DNA of 64,000 nt from Opitutales bacterium (GCA_965226885.1 CBDDEL010000014.1:192001-256000), one strand, 5' to 3'; numbered from the stretch's first letter, positions 21,727 to 32,538 are shown. The notes: generated by a model not told the origin, from the sequence alone. Numbers and translations: made by a program.

Positions 21727-23120
21727 CTTTTCTTATTTGCCGTAATCGCATCGGCAATTTCCTCGATCGGGTAGGTCCAGATTTCCGATAGGGTGGGGTG
21801 GTACCAATGGGCTTTCAAGAGGTCGAACACGGTCGCCTCCAATGCCACCGCCACGGCCATGGAGTGGATCAGCTCGCCGGCATCTTTTCCCACACATTCG
21901 GCCCCCAGGACGACCCCGCGCGATGGTTCGGCCAAAACTTTTACATAACCGTATTTGGCCTCCATGAGGATTGATTTGCCATGATCGTTGAAGGGGTAAT
22001 CCGCCGTTAAATAGGAAATATTCCTGTCCCGCAATTCCGCTTCCGTTATCCCTGTGGCGGCGATTTGAGGATCGGTGAAAATGATTTTCGTCAAATGATC
22101 GTAATTGACCGGTTTCGGGTTCAAGCCGGCTGCATGGCGGGCCGCCACCTCACCCTGCAGGATGGCTACGTGCACGATTTCGTGCGGACCGGCGGCGTCT
22201 CCGGCAGCGTAGACTTGAGGATTGGTTGATTGTTGGATGGAATTTGTTTTGATATGCCCGCTGGGGAGTAGTTCAACCCCGGCATTTTCCAGGCCCAGGT
22301 TTGCTGTATTGGGTTTACGGCCCAAGGCGTTGAACAGATAGGCGGCTTCTTTGACGACTTCCCGCCCATCGGCCTGAAAGGTCACCCGGAAATCGTCACC
22401 CGCCCTCTCGATTCCGGTAATTCGGGTTTCCGTGTGCAATTCGATGCCCTCATCGCGAAAGGCTTGCATGACGACTTTGGCCGATGAGGCGGAAGCTTCC
22501 CTCAATATCAGGGGGCTTCGCTGTATCTGGATGACTTTTGAGCCCATGCGGTTGAGAAATTGAGTCAATTCACAGGCCACCACCCCGCCGCCCAAAACGA
22601 TGATCGATTCCGGCAGGTGGTCCAGGTCGATTACGTTGTCGCTGGTCATGGCTGAGTCGGGTTCCAGTCCTGGAAGTGGCGGGAAGTTGACCACCGAACC
22701 GGTTGAGACCAGAAAGGCATCTGCGGTCAGCTCCGATCCATCGTCCAAACGAATAGTTTTGTCGTCCAGAAAACGAGCGGAATTGCGGTAAAGCTGGTAT
22801 TTACCGGATTGCAATTGCCCTGCCCTGTATTCGGAAAATTCACCGATGATTCGCTTTTTGCGCTCGTGGACGGCCGCCATGTCGGCTTTGGCCGAGGGGA
22901 TATCGAGCCCGAAAGTGGCTCCGTGGCGGGCATGATGGAGCACCTCGGCAATGTAGAGAAGGGTTTTCGACGGCATGCAGCCGCGCAGAATGCATAACCC
23001 TCCTAGCTCGGCAGCATTATCCACCACGGCCACGCTTTCGCTGGAATCCCTATAAGTGCTGGCGGCTGCATAACCGGCACTGCCCCCACCCAAAACAATA
23101 AATTCAAAGTGTTTGTTCAC
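21723..23120 (-). CDS. FAD-dependent pyridine nucleotide-disulfide oxidoreductase (dihydrolipoamide dehydrogenase-like)
   Basis: GGGSAG, GGLCILRGCMPSK redox disulfide, YAAGD, C-terminal HPTLSE. Confidence 0.88.
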   Translation of the reverse strand: MNKHFEFIVLGGGSAGYAAASTYRDSSESVAVVDNAAELGGLCILRGCMPSKTLLYIAEVLHHARHGATFGLDIPSAKADMAAVHERKKRIIGEFSEYRAGQLQSGKYQLYRNSARFLDDKTIRLDDGSELTADAFLVSTGSVVNFPPLPGLEPDSAMTSDNVIDLDHLPESIIVLGGGVVACELTQFLNRMGSKVIQIQRSPLILREASASSAKVVMQAFRDEGIELHTETRITGIERAGDDFRVTFQADGREVVKEAAYLFNALGRKPNTANLGLENAGVELLPSGHIKTNSIQQSTNPQVYAAGDAAGPHEIVHVAILQGEVAARHAAGLNPKPVNYDHLTKIIFTDPQIAATGITEAELRDRNISYLTADYPFNDHGKSILMEAKYGYVKVLAEPSRGVVLGAECVGKDAGELIHSMAVAVALEATVFDLLKAHWYHPTLSEIWTYPIEEIADAITANKKS

Positions 23121-23251
23121 TTAATCTTCCTGATGAAAATCAACAGGCAATCGTCAACATTATCAATCCAAAAAATTGGGTGGGTAAAAGATGCAGGGAA
23201 AATGATGGGATTTGTTTTGATCTATATTTATCTAGCAGTTTGAAATATTCC

Positions 23252-24798
23252 ATGCCAACAAATATAAAGTCATTTTGGCGGGATCTTCTTGTCCTTTTAC
23301 CTATATTGGCTGGAGTTTTGGCAACAAAGGCTAACGTCGATTTAACGCAAATCGATATTAACTCCCCGCCGCCGGGAGTTTTTTGGGAAGACTGGCAGGA
23401 AGTATATTTGGGTGAAAACAAGATCGGCTATTCCAGGACTGTTTTTTCCCGCGCGGCAGATTGCATTTATTCCACCAACCTGATGTCGATGCGTCTTGCC
23501 CGCGGCGCGGTGGCTGTTTCCATGGAAACGGAGCAATCAACCGTGGAAACGCTTTCAGGGGAGCCCATTTCCTTTTCCCTGAAAATACTCATGGGCAGCA
23601 TTCCGGTGTCAATTGAGGGAGAGATTTCAGGTGAGCTTTTGCGAGTCACGACTAGTCAGGCGGGAATTCTTCAGTCAAAGGAGTATCCCTGGACGAAAGG
23701 AACTCTCCTGCTCTGGGGGGTCACCCGGGAGACCCTGCGGCGCGGGTTCGAGCCCGGCACGGAATACCGGCTTCCCATGTTCAACCCGGAGGTGCAACTG
23801 GATGGCCCGGTGCAGACCGATATCAATATAGGAGAAATGGAATCCTTTGCCGTAAGGGGGAAAATGGTCACGGGCCAAAAGGTGGCAACGCTCATGCATA
23901 TGGGCATGGGTTCGCTGGAAAGCATTTACTGGGTGGATGAAACGGGCCGGGCGCTGAAAACCGTTATGCCCATGGGGGGCATGGAACTGACTCTTTATGC
24001 ATCCGATGAATCGACTGCCCTGACAGATTATGTTCCCGCCGATATGTTCGAGTTTACCCTCCTGGACCTGTCCGAGAAGATTCCCGATAATGCAGCCGCA
24101 GTTACATATGCCGTTAATTATTTAAAATCCCTGGATAATTCCTTTCCCTGGCCAGAATATTATTCGCAGAGCATTCTCAAATCGGATGCGTCCGGCGCGT
24201 TAATTAAAATCGTGCGGGCCAATCACGAATCCCTGCCGGAAAATCCCGGCGGAGGAGCGGAAAGTATGGATCCCTCCCGCTACCTAAGCGGTAACCCCAA
24301 CATGAATATTGAGGATGAAAAATTGATCGAACTTGCGGCAGAAGCGGTCGGTCAATATTCGGGTTCCGTTGAGAAGGCCGATAGGCTAAGGCAATTTGCC
24401 AGCCGCTTCATTTCTCAAAAATCGCTATCCGTCGGTTTCGCCACGGCCAGCGAGGTCGCCCGGAAACCCGCCGGCGACTGCACCGAGCACGCCGTCTTTC
24501 TGGCCGCTCTCGGTCGCATAAAGGGGCTGCCAACGCGTATAGCGGTCGGCTTGGCCTATGTGGCGAATTACCAGGGAAGGCAAAATATATTAGGATTCCA
24601 CATGTGGACCCAGTTTTACCTGCACGGCCGCTGGGTGGATTTCGACGCGACGCAGCTCTGGGGGAAAGCGAAACCTCACCCACCAGGATTGCCTTTTACA
24701 CCGGATCGCTGGATGAAAGCAGCCTTTTCGACATGACCTTGCCGCTGATGCGTTTAATGGGTAATCTTAAAATTGAAATAGTCTCCATTTCCTATTGA
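23252..24798 (+). pseudogene. Exported transglutaminase-like protein, C-terminus frameshifted by a 5-bp duplication
   Basis: Signal-peptide-like N-terminus; triad motifs GDCTEHA, FHMW, WVDFDA. Removing one GACGC (24644-24653) gives a continuous 513-aa ORF ending MGNLKIEIVSISY*. Confidence 0.82.
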
Positions 24799-24833
24799 GT
24801 TCAAAATCTAAAGAATGCTTAACTTATTATCCG

Positions 24834-26423
24834 ATGAAAATATTGATCGCTGACAAAATCTCCGATGCGGGAATCGATTATTTAAAAGAACAGACCGGCT
24901 TTGAGGTAGTCGTAGCCGTTGGCTCCGCGCCGGATCGGCTGATGGAGTTAATCTTCGATGCGGCGGCCGTTATCGTACGCAGTGAAACCAAAATTACGGT
25001 CGAGGTCATCGCCGCGGCCCAATCGCTTAAAGTGATCGCCAGAGCCGGAGTGGGAGTGGACAATGTGGACCTGGAGGCAGCCACCGAGCGCGGTATCGTA
25101 GTGATGAACGCGCCCAGCGGCAACACCAACGCTACAGCGGAACTGACTATCACCCACATGCTCTGCGCGGCCCGGCCCATCTGCCAGGCGGACGCTTCCA
25201 TGCGGCAGGGCCAGTGGGACCGGAAGCAGTTCATCGGCACGGAACTTTTCGGCAAAACAGTCGGCATTCTCGGCCTTGGACGGGTGGGCACCGAAGTGGC
25301 CAAACGAGCCCAATCCTTCGGGATGAAAGTAATTGCCTGCGATCCCTACCTGGCGCCCGAGCGCGGGCAAGCCCTCGATGTCGAATCGGTCGAGTTTGAG
25401 GAGATTTTGAAACGGGCCGATTTTATTTCCGTGCACATGCCCTTGACCGAAAAGTCTCGCGGGTTGATAAATGCCGCCGTCATTGCCCAGATGAAAGACG
25501 GCGTTCGCATCATAAACTGTGCCAGGGGCGGAATCGTGGTGGAAGCCGATTTGGTAACGGCATTAAAAAGCGGCAAAGTCTCGGCAGCTGGCCTCGACGT
25601 TTACGAGGAAGAGCCCGTTGCCCCGGAAAGCGAATTGAGGAAGCTGCCGGGATTGGTGATGACTCCGCATCTGGGCGCATCCACCCGCGAAGCCCAGCAA
25701 AGCGTGGGCCTGGAAGTTGCCAAGGGAGTGGCCGGCTTCCTCAAAGAGGGGATCGTCGTCAATGCGCTCAATATGCCCTCGGTTGAGTTGGGAACCCTGA
25801 AAATACTGAAGCCCTATCTGGAACTAGGGGAAAAGCTGGGCAGGGTTTTGCAGCAAATCGTCAATCCGAGCATCGAGAAGTTGAGAATCACTTACTGGGG
25901 AAGAATTATCGGGTTGGAGACTCTTCCGCTCACCCGCAGCATTCAGACTGGTTATCTACGCAACATTGGCGGGGAAAATGTCAATGCGGTGAACGCGCCT
26001 CATTATATGAAGCGGTTGGGCATCAAGGTAATCGTCACTCAATCGGACAGCGATCGGGACTATACGGAGTTAGTGCGGGTCGAGGCCGTCGATGCGGATA
26101 AGAACCTCTCCAGCGTGGAGGGAACCTTGATCGGGTTAAAGCAATCACCGAGAATCGTGCGCATCAACCGGAGGGAAGTGGAGACCAGTATGGACGGAAA
26201 TTTGCTCATCCTCGAACACGTGGATATGCCCGGAATCATTGGTATGGTGGGAAGCGTCCTGGGCCGGGATAAGGTCAACATTGCCAGCATGTCCTTGAGC
26301 CGCAACACCCTGGGGGGACTTGCCCTTACGGTTTTGCAGTTGGACAGTTTGCCCGGCAAAAAGACCTTGGATGAGATTACCTCTCCTGAGGCAATAAAAA
26401 AGACCCACCTGGTGGAATTATAG
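24834..26423 (+). CDS. serA: D-3-phosphoglycerate dehydrogenase (with ASB/ACT domains)
   Basis: RAGVGVDNVD, GLGRVG, NCARGG, TPHLGAST.EAQ, C-terminal DMPGIIG...VNIA. Confidence 0.94.
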   Translation: MKILIADKISDAGIDYLKEQTGFEVVVAVGSAPDRLMELIFDAAAVIVRSETKITVEVIAAAQSLKVIARAGVGVDNVDLEAATERGIVVMNAPSGNTNATAELTITHMLCAARPICQADASMRQGQWDRKQFIGTELFGKTVGILGLGRVGTEVAKRAQSFGMKVIACDPYLAPERGQALDVESVEFEEILKRADFISVHMPLTEKSRGLINAAVIAQMKDGVRIINCARGGIVVEADLVTALKSGKVSAAGLDVYEEEPVAPESELRKLPGLVMTPHLGASTREAQQSVGLEVAKGVAGFLKEGIVVNALNMPSVELGTLKILKPYLELGEKLGRVLQQIVNPSIEKLRITYWGRIIGLETLPLTRSIQTGYLRNIGGENVNAVNAPHYMKRLGIKVIVTQSDSDRDYTELVRVEAVDADKNLSSVEGTLIGLKQSPRIVRINRREVETSMDGNLLILEHVDMPGIIGMVGSVLGRDKVNIASMSLSRNTLGGLALTVLQLDSLPGKKTLDEITSPEAIKKTHLVEL

Positions 26424-26438
26424 GCGGACCATCGAACC

Positions 26439-26482
26439 GAAGGGCGAAGCCGATGAGGGTCAGCCCTTAGCTTTGCGCCTTT
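26439..26482. terminator. Imperfect stem-loop between convergent serA and CBS genes (possible terminator)
   Basis: GAAGGGCGAAGC...TGAGGG-TCAG-CCCTTA...GCTTTGCGCCTTT pairs imperfectly. Confidence 0.35.
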
Positions 26483-26529
26483 ATCGTTAGAAACGAAGGA
26501 AGGTGAATTGGCCTGGAATCGGGGTTTTC

Positions 26530-26976
26530 TCAGGATACGTCCTGGCCGTGAATATAGGCCAGGAGGTTGTGGCTGTAGCTCTTGTTCTCCTGCAATGTGC
26601 GGATCATTAAATCGCCGATGGAGACGACGCCCATAAGTCGTTCGTCATCGACAATGGGCAAATGCCGAAACTTTTCCGTCGTCATGATTGTCATCGCTTC
26701 GCTGACAGATATGGATGAATTCTCGGTGTGCAGGTTTGTCGTCATAACCTGCTGAACGAGGGTCGTATTTGGGTCCATCTGGGCGTCGACCACCCTCACG
26801 AGCACATCCCTTTCGGTAAAAATACCCAACAGCCGCTTGCCCCGGTGGACGAGGAGCGCCCCGATTTTATTCTGATTCATCAACTGAACCGCTTCCATCA
26901 CGGTCGCTTCCGGTTCAATACTGTGAACAAGGCCGCCCTTGTTCTTGAGAATGGTGCCAAGTTTCGAATCTAACAT
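26530..26976 (-). CDS. CBS-domain protein
   Basis: IGALLV, GIFTERD, FRHLPIVD, GVVSIGDL. Confidence 0.92.
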   Translation of the reverse strand: MLDSKLGTILKNKGGLVHSIEPEATVMEAVQLMNQNKIGALLVHRGKRLLGIFTERDVLVRVVDAQMDPNTTLVQQVMTTNLHTENSSISVSEAMTIMTTEKFRHLPIVDDERLMGVVSIGDLMIRTLQENKSYSHNLLAYIHGQDVS

Positions 26977-27039
26977 CGTTTCACATTTAATGCGTTCAAG
27001 TTTTATTTATCAATATTTATTCTTGGTAATATTTTTGGA

Positions 27040-27768
27040 TTATTCGGCATCAAGTGAAAATGCCTGGAAATGAGGGCCGGCCTGATGGCAAACGGCTTTC
27101 AGGGTCGCCATTGAAGATTTAAAATGTTTGTTCAGGCGTGCCAGGTTTTTCCATTCGCCAGGTTTGAATAGAGCGCCGGATAAAAAACGAAACCACTTTA
27201 TGCGCCCCCATTCATCAATGCTGTGGGACACAAAATCCGGGATCGGGTCGTCCGTGCAATCGGCAATTACGCGAATGGCCAAAAATGGTGCATTCTTTTC
27301 CATGGCCGCCAGGGCCAGGGCGCCGCTTTCCATATCCGCGGCCAAGGCCCCGGTTTTATTTTTCAGGGCAGACCTTTCATGATTGTTTTTTAAGATCGTG
27401 GGGCTTTCCGCAAGAGAACCGACAGCGATCATTTCCAACTCCAAGGAGGAAAGCGTCACGTTGAGTCGTTCGTGCCACATATTATGGACGGGGCTTTTGC
27501 GGCCATCGCCATGAAAAATAGTTTGCGGCAGAAAGAGGCTTCCGGGTTTCAGCCCTTCTTCGAGAGCGGTAGCGCAACCCCAACTGAGAATGACACCGGC
27601 TCCGTTTTCAAGTAGGGCTCGTCCCGCCGCGAGGGCTTTTTCCGGGCCGATGCCGGAGTGAATGGCGATCACGTCGTGGCCGAGATCGAAAGGTTCGCCG
27701 GGAGGTGGGATTTTCCTCGTGAGGCATTGCAATTCCCCAGGCATAGCCGCGCTGATGCCCAGCTTCAT
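27040..27768 (-). CDS. hpnG: Hopanoid-associated nucleoside phosphorylase (HpnG-like)
   Basis: SGIG, ADMESGA, IRVIAD; overlaps the shc stop. Confidence 0.75.
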   Translation of the reverse strand: MKLGISAAMPGELQCLTRKIPPPGEPFDLGHDVIAIHSGIGPEKALAAGRALLENGAGVILSWGCATALEEGLKPGSLFLPQTIFHGDGRKSPVHNMWHERLNVTLSSLELEMIAVGSLAESPTILKNNHERSALKNKTGALAADMESGALALAAMEKNAPFLAIRVIADCTDDPIPDFVSHSIDEWGRIKWFRFLSGALFKPGEWKNLARLNKHFKSSMATLKAVCHQAGPHFQAFSLDAE

Positions 27769-29699
27769 GGATTGTTCGAAGTCTTCGAAAGGTGGTTCTT
27801 GTAACGGGCCAAGGCCCAGAGTGGAAAAAATTTATCGTATCCGTGGTATTTTAGAAAAAAGACCTTGGGGAACCCCGGAGCGGTAAATTCGATGTCTTCC
27901 CAAAGGCCGTCTTTTTCCTGGTTGGCCAGAAGAAACCCGATGCCTCGCTCGACCGCCTCGCAATCCACTTCCCCTGCCGCCATCAAGCCGAGCAATGCCC
28001 ATGCCGTGTGAAATGAATTGCTTCTCCACTTTTTATGCTTCAATTCCGCCGGTTGGTAGTAGGTATCGTTACCCTCGCCCCAGCCTCCGTCCGCTTGCTG
28101 CACCTGTTTCAGCCATTTCACGGCTTTTTTGACATGAGGGTTTTCTCCCCCGATCCCGGCGTGTTCCAATCCTGCCAGGACGGACCAGGTTCCGTATATG
28201 TAATTGGTGCCCCAGCGGCCAAACCAGGAACCATTCTCCTCCTGTTCCCGATAGAGGTATTGCAGGCATCGTTCCACGACCGGCCGGTAACGTTCGTGTT
28301 TTTCGATCAAGGGGGCCAGCAGCATGACGCATCGGGCGCTGACGTCGCTGGTGGGAGGGTCGAGCAGGGCGCCGTGATCGGCGAAGGGTATCTCGTTGAG
28401 GTAATAATTGGCGTTGTCGGCGTCGAAGGCGGCGAATCCATCATTTTTCGACTGCATTCCGCAAAGCCAGTCGGCGGCGCGTTCAATGTTTTCCTCGTAG
28501 CGTTCCAGGCCCGTTTGCCACATGGCGAAAGCCACCACCGCGGTGTCGTCGAGATCGGGATAATAGTCGTTGCGGAACTGGAAAGCCCAGCCGCCTCCCT
28601 TTAGTCCGGGCCGGTATTCGCGCCAATCCCCCGGTTCTTCCAGGAGCTGTCTTGGCACCAGCCAGTCGAGCGCCCGTTCGATCGATTCTTCGTTTTCAGA
28701 GCCTTGGCCGGCCGCTTCCTGCAAAGCCAGAACGGCCAGGCCGGTGTCCCACACGGGTGAAACGCAGGGTTGGCAATAGGCGCGCTTTTCATCCACCACC
28801 AGGAGTTTGCGCAGAGCCTCCCGGGCGACAACCAGGTCTGGATGATCGCGGGGGTAGCCGAGGCATTCGAGGGCCTCTACGGCATTGACCATGGCCGGAA
28901 AAATGGCCCCCAGGCCGCCATCGCCGTTGAGCCGGTCCAGGATCCAGTTTTCCGCTTTTTTAAAAGCCCTTTTTCGTACCGTGGCCGGGATGAGTGGTTC
29001 GATCAGGCGGCCCAATTTATCGATTGCGATAAAAACGTAATTGAGGCGGGAGCGAATGGGGAAATATTTTTTCTCATCCTCCGGGGGGGTGACGAACAAT
29101 TCCCGGATGCCTGTTTTTTGCGCGTTCACCGCTTTGGGTTTTACGGTGCATAAAATGAAGAGGGGAATCATTACGGTCCGCGACCAGTAGGAGACTTTTG
29201 AGATGTGAAAGAAAAACCATTTCGGCAAAAGCATGATCTCGACTGGAATGAAGGGGACGCCTCGCCAGGGAAGCTGCTCGAATAACGCCAGGGCGATGCG
29301 AGTGAAGACATTGCAGCGGGCCGCGCCTCCCTGGGCCAGAATCGCTTCCCTCGCCCGGCGCATGTGGGGCAGATCCGGGTCGTCCCCCGAAATTTTTAAG
29401 GCGTAGTAGGTTTTAACGGAGCAACTGAGGTTCATCTCTCCACCATAATATAAAGGCCAGCCGCCGTCCGCGCCCTGCCGCTCGCGCAAATAGACGCAGA
29501 TTTTCGATTGCAGTTCTGCCTCCACCTCTCCCCGGAAGTGCATCATGAGGATGTATTCGGCCGAGATGGTGCAATCGGCCTCCAACTCGAAACACCAGTA
29601 TCCGTCCTCGTGCTGAAGGTCGAGAATCCCTTGCCGGGCCCGGTTTAAAGCACTTTCCAAGGCGGAGGGAGAATTGACCAGCGCTTGATCGTTTGGCAT
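27765..29699 (-). CDS. shc: Squalene-hopene cyclase
   Basis: YPDLDDTA (DXDD motif), QW repeats (QGADGGW, QEENGSW, QQADGGW), FTAPGFPKVFFLKY. Confidence 0.96.
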   Translation of the reverse strand: MPNDQALVNSPSALESALNRARQGILDLQHEDGYWCFELEADCTISAEYILMMHFRGEVEAELQSKICVYLRERQGADGGWPLYYGGEMNLSCSVKTYYALKISGDDPDLPHMRRAREAILAQGGAARCNVFTRIALALFEQLPWRGVPFIPVEIMLLPKWFFFHISKVSYWSRTVMIPLFILCTVKPKAVNAQKTGIRELFVTPPEDEKKYFPIRSRLNYVFIAIDKLGRLIEPLIPATVRKRAFKKAENWILDRLNGDGGLGAIFPAMVNAVEALECLGYPRDHPDLVVAREALRKLLVVDEKRAYCQPCVSPVWDTGLAVLALQEAAGQGSENEESIERALDWLVPRQLLEEPGDWREYRPGLKGGGWAFQFRNDYYPDLDDTAVVAFAMWQTGLERYEENIERAADWLCGMQSKNDGFAAFDADNANYYLNEIPFADHGALLDPPTSDVSARCVMLLAPLIEKHERYRPVVERCLQYLYREQEENGSWFGRWGTNYIYGTWSVLAGLEHAGIGGENPHVKKAVKWLKQVQQADGGWGEGNDTYYQPAELKHKKWRSNSFHTAWALLGLMAAGEVDCEAVERGIGFLLANQEKDGLWEDIEFTAPGFPKVFFLKYHGYDKFFPLWALARYKNHLSKTSNNP

Positions 29700-29742
29700 G
29701 CCTTTGATTTTAAGTAAAATTAGTTTCGTTTATCGGGAATTT

Positions 29743-30753
29743 TCAGGCACGGCTGAGAGGAGAACCGGTAAATCGGAAAAGGGCTCGCAGCAAGAAGTCG
29801 CTGTGGGCCGTGACACGAGTGGCCATGATGGTGGCCTTGACGCTGCGCCGGGAAATCTTGACCTCGGCCCCGTTGGTATAATTGCGGTTGCTATGGATGT
29901 TGCGCAAGGTCAGCAAGGCCATCCCGATGGCCCATAGACAAAAATTCCGCAATCCGGTCTCCTTTTTGGGAATGAGGAGGGAATAGGCGAGGGCGTCTTG
30001 CAGGTGTTCGTAGGAAATGCCCACCAGCTTGCGGATGCCGACAGTAAAATTTTCGCGATTCTTATCGGAGGCGAGGTCATTGAGGTCGTAGCCAGCCTCG
30101 GCAAAAATATCTCGCGGCAGCCAGCAGGCGGAGCGCTGCCGGTCTTCCCAGATGTCTTTTAAAATATTGGTCATCTGCAAACCCTGGCCGAAAGAGACCG
30201 CTCTTTTCATCAAGGCCTCCCGGTTTTCCGCTATCTGCGGGGAATAGAGGCAAAACAGATCGGTCAGCATTTCTCCCACCACTCCGGCCACATAATAGCA
30301 ATAAAGCTCCATTTCCTCCAGATTGTCGAGTCCGGCGGGGCCTTCCTTCTCCTGAAACCGGGCCATTCCCTCCGCCATAATGCGGATGCAGCGTTCCATA
30401 GCCCGGCGCTGATCGGCCGAGAAGCTGTGCGTGAGGCGGATCACTTGCGGGGTGTTTTCGATCAACTCGTGCTCGGCCGGTATGGTTGAGTCGGACAAAA
30501 GCGGGGCCAGTTCCCCGGCAAACTCCTCCAAATTTTCCTGACCCAAAACAACCTTCGAAAAACGGCTGCAAAAAGACCTCTTCTGTTCGGCCGACAAAGC
30601 CGGTTCATCTTCTATGGTGTCAACGATCCGGCACAGTAAATAAGCATTGGAGACCACCAGGCACAATTCCCCCGGCAACTGGGGAATGGTGAGGGCAAAA
30701 GTGCGCGAAACGCCTTCCAGCATTTGCTCCTGTAATTTTTCCAATGAGGACAT
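29743..30753 (-). CDS. Squalene/phytoene synthase family protein (probable single-step squalene synthase)
   Basis: VSRTFALTI, YLLCRIVDTIEDE, YCYYVAGVVG, GLQMTNILKDIWED; upstream of shc. Confidence 0.88.
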   Translation of the reverse strand: MSSLEKLQEQMLEGVSRTFALTIPQLPGELCLVVSNAYLLCRIVDTIEDEPALSAEQKRSFCSRFSKVVLGQENLEEFAGELAPLLSDSTIPAEHELIENTPQVIRLTHSFSADQRRAMERCIRIMAEGMARFQEKEGPAGLDNLEEMELYCYYVAGVVGEMLTDLFCLYSPQIAENREALMKRAVSFGQGLQMTNILKDIWEDRQRSACWLPRDIFAEAGYDLNDLASDKNRENFTVGIRKLVGISYEHLQDALAYSLLIPKKETGLRNFCLWAIGMALLTLRNIHSNRNYTNGAEVKISRRSVKATIMATRVTAHSDFLLRALFRFTGSPLSRA

Positions 30754-30930
30754 GCTTTTTGTTATTTATCCAAAATTGACGGCCCTCGAGGGAAAAGATT
30801 GAGGATAACCGGACCTGCCAAGGCCTATTATTGACAAGGCAGCATTCTTGGCAAATCCCGTTCCACCGCAAGGATTAATGTGCTGGACGAGCATGGCAAC
30901 CGGCAGCGGAATTGCTCAGGTTTTAAGATG

Positions 30931-30974
30931 GGATACTGGATGCTGGATCTTGGTGTCAGGTGTCGGGTGTCAGG
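30931..30974. repeat. Six degenerate heptamers (GGATACT GGATGCT GGATCTT GGTGTCA GGTGTCG GGTGTCA)
   Basis: Read directly; abuts an IS end. Confidence 0.7.
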
Positions 30975-31004
30975 AGGTGATCGGACCCCATCTTTGCTAC
31001 CACT

Positions 31005-31948
31005 TTAAGTGAGAGTATTTCCGTAGGTTTGGTATTGTAGGTTTTGCAGCGGGTGGCGCAATGAGGCCGTAGGCCGAATGGAGCCAGCCGCTGCTTTGTT
31101 GATTGTTCGCCAGAGTCTGGCAAATGTATTTGGGGAGAGAAAGCCTAATCGGCTGTGGGGGTGTTTCGCGTTGTATTTGTGTCGCCATTGTTCGACCACC
31201 ACACGCGCTTCGGTCACGCTCAGGAACAGTTCCTGATTAAGGCATTCATCGCGCAAACGATTATGAAAGGATTCTATATGTCCATTCTGCCAAGGGCTTC
31301 CTGGATCAATGTATGCGATGGCAATTTCCTGTCGCTGCAGTTCTTCTTTGACTTGGTGGGCTATAAACTCCGATCCGTTGTCCGAGCGGATGCACTGAGG
31401 TTTGCCGTTCTCTCTTATGGCATCGTTCAATACCTCTACCACATCGGCACTTTTCAGTGAGCGCGCAACCTTAATGGCCAGGCATTGACGGGTATGTTCA
31501 TCGATCAGTGTCAAGAGCCTGAGCGGACCGCCCCGGTCGGTGCGATCCGCCACAAAGTCCCAACTCCACACATGGTTGGGCTGCACTGCTCGGGTCGGGG
31601 TAGCCGTGGATTGGCCCTGCCGGCGACGGCGCTTGCCAGGCGGCCGCACACCCAGTCCTTCGAAACGACGCACTTTTTGGACGAATTTGCGACTCACGGG
31701 CCAACCTTCATGGGTCAACAAAGCGCGGATCCGACGATAGCCATAGCGCGGATGCTTCTTCGAAAAGGCAATGATGCGTGCCACCAGTTTATGCCTATAC
31801 TCAGTAGCTTTCTTGGGTTCACTTTCTTGGGTTCATACAGGTAGGTTGAGCGGTGCAACCCAAAATACTGACAGGCCCGACGCAGCGAGCACGACCCTTG
31901 GGCCAATACATGCTTCACCGCTTCCTTTTTCTGCTTCGGGCCTACCAT
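31005..31948 (-). pseudogene. IS3 OrfB, frameshifted by a 14-bp duplication
   Basis: Removing one CTTTCTTGGGTTCA (31808-31835) gives YEPKKATEYRHKLVARIIAF...YGYRR...WSWDF...RSDNGSEF...PWQNGHIESF. Confidence 0.9.
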
Positions 31949-32208
31949 TTTTTTGCGTTCACCTCCTTGAGCACACGGTTCTCCAGCATCTGCTCGGCTA
32001 CTATCTTCTTAAGCTGTGTGTTCTCGCGCTCCAGCTCCTTCAGCCGCTTGGCGTCACGCAGCTCCATGCGGCCATACTTTTTACGCCAACGATGGTAGCT
32101 TTGAGGACTGATATTGTGGGACCGACAGACATCCTGAATGCCTTTGCCTGCGTCTACTTCGCGCAGTATCGTTATGATTTGTTCAGGGGTGTATCTTTTT
32201 TGCTTCAT
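31942..32208 (-). CDS. IS3 OrfA
   Basis: MKQKRYTPEQII...RLKELERENTQLKKIVAE...AKKW*, with an A7 slippery run at the end. Confidence 0.9.
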   Translation of the reverse strand: MKQKRYTPEQIITILREVDAGKGIQDVCRSHNISPQSYHRWRKKYGRMELRDAKRLKELERENTQLKKIVAEQMLENRVLKEVNAKKW

Positions 32209-32538
32209 AGGTCTTTCCGGTAATTTCTCCAGAAAGACTCTCACTGGCAATGGTAGTGTTTTCGGCGGTCACATCAGGTGCACGCAATACATATCTTTAA
32301 AAGCGTAAGTCACTGGCCTTGAAAGACTTGTTGCCGGTTTGGGGCGAGTTCTCAGCATATCAGGGTTTCAATGTCGGTTTATCAAGCCACCTTGCATAGT
32401 GGTGGGTGGTGGTATAGAAACCACATAAAAGCACAACGCCGTTATCTTGGCAAGAAAAAAATTCAAGATTAACTAATTATATAGCAATTTAATTACTGCT
32501 CGATGCTTAATCCTTACACCCGAAGCACTTGCAGGTTT

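Larger units (their letters stand above)
30978..32276 (-). mobile_element. IS3-family (IS407-group-like) element, 1299 bp, defective
   Basis: Imperfect IRs TGATCGGACCCC...CTACCAC...AGTGAGAGT and TGATGTGACCGCC...CTACCAT...AGTGAGAGT; no 3-4 bp TSD visible. Confidence 0.9.

Noticed and set aside
21723..23120. Mercuric reductase MerA
   Set aside because: No C-terminal Cys-Cys pair and no mer genes; it ends in an Lpd-like HPTLSE motif.
26445..26495. Hammerhead-like CCGATGAG...GAAAC
   Set aside because: The core is not CUGANGA and I could not build the three stems; a simple hairpin explains it.
32277..32538. Possible sRNA or gene remnant
   Set aside because: No recognisable RNA motif or convincing ORF.
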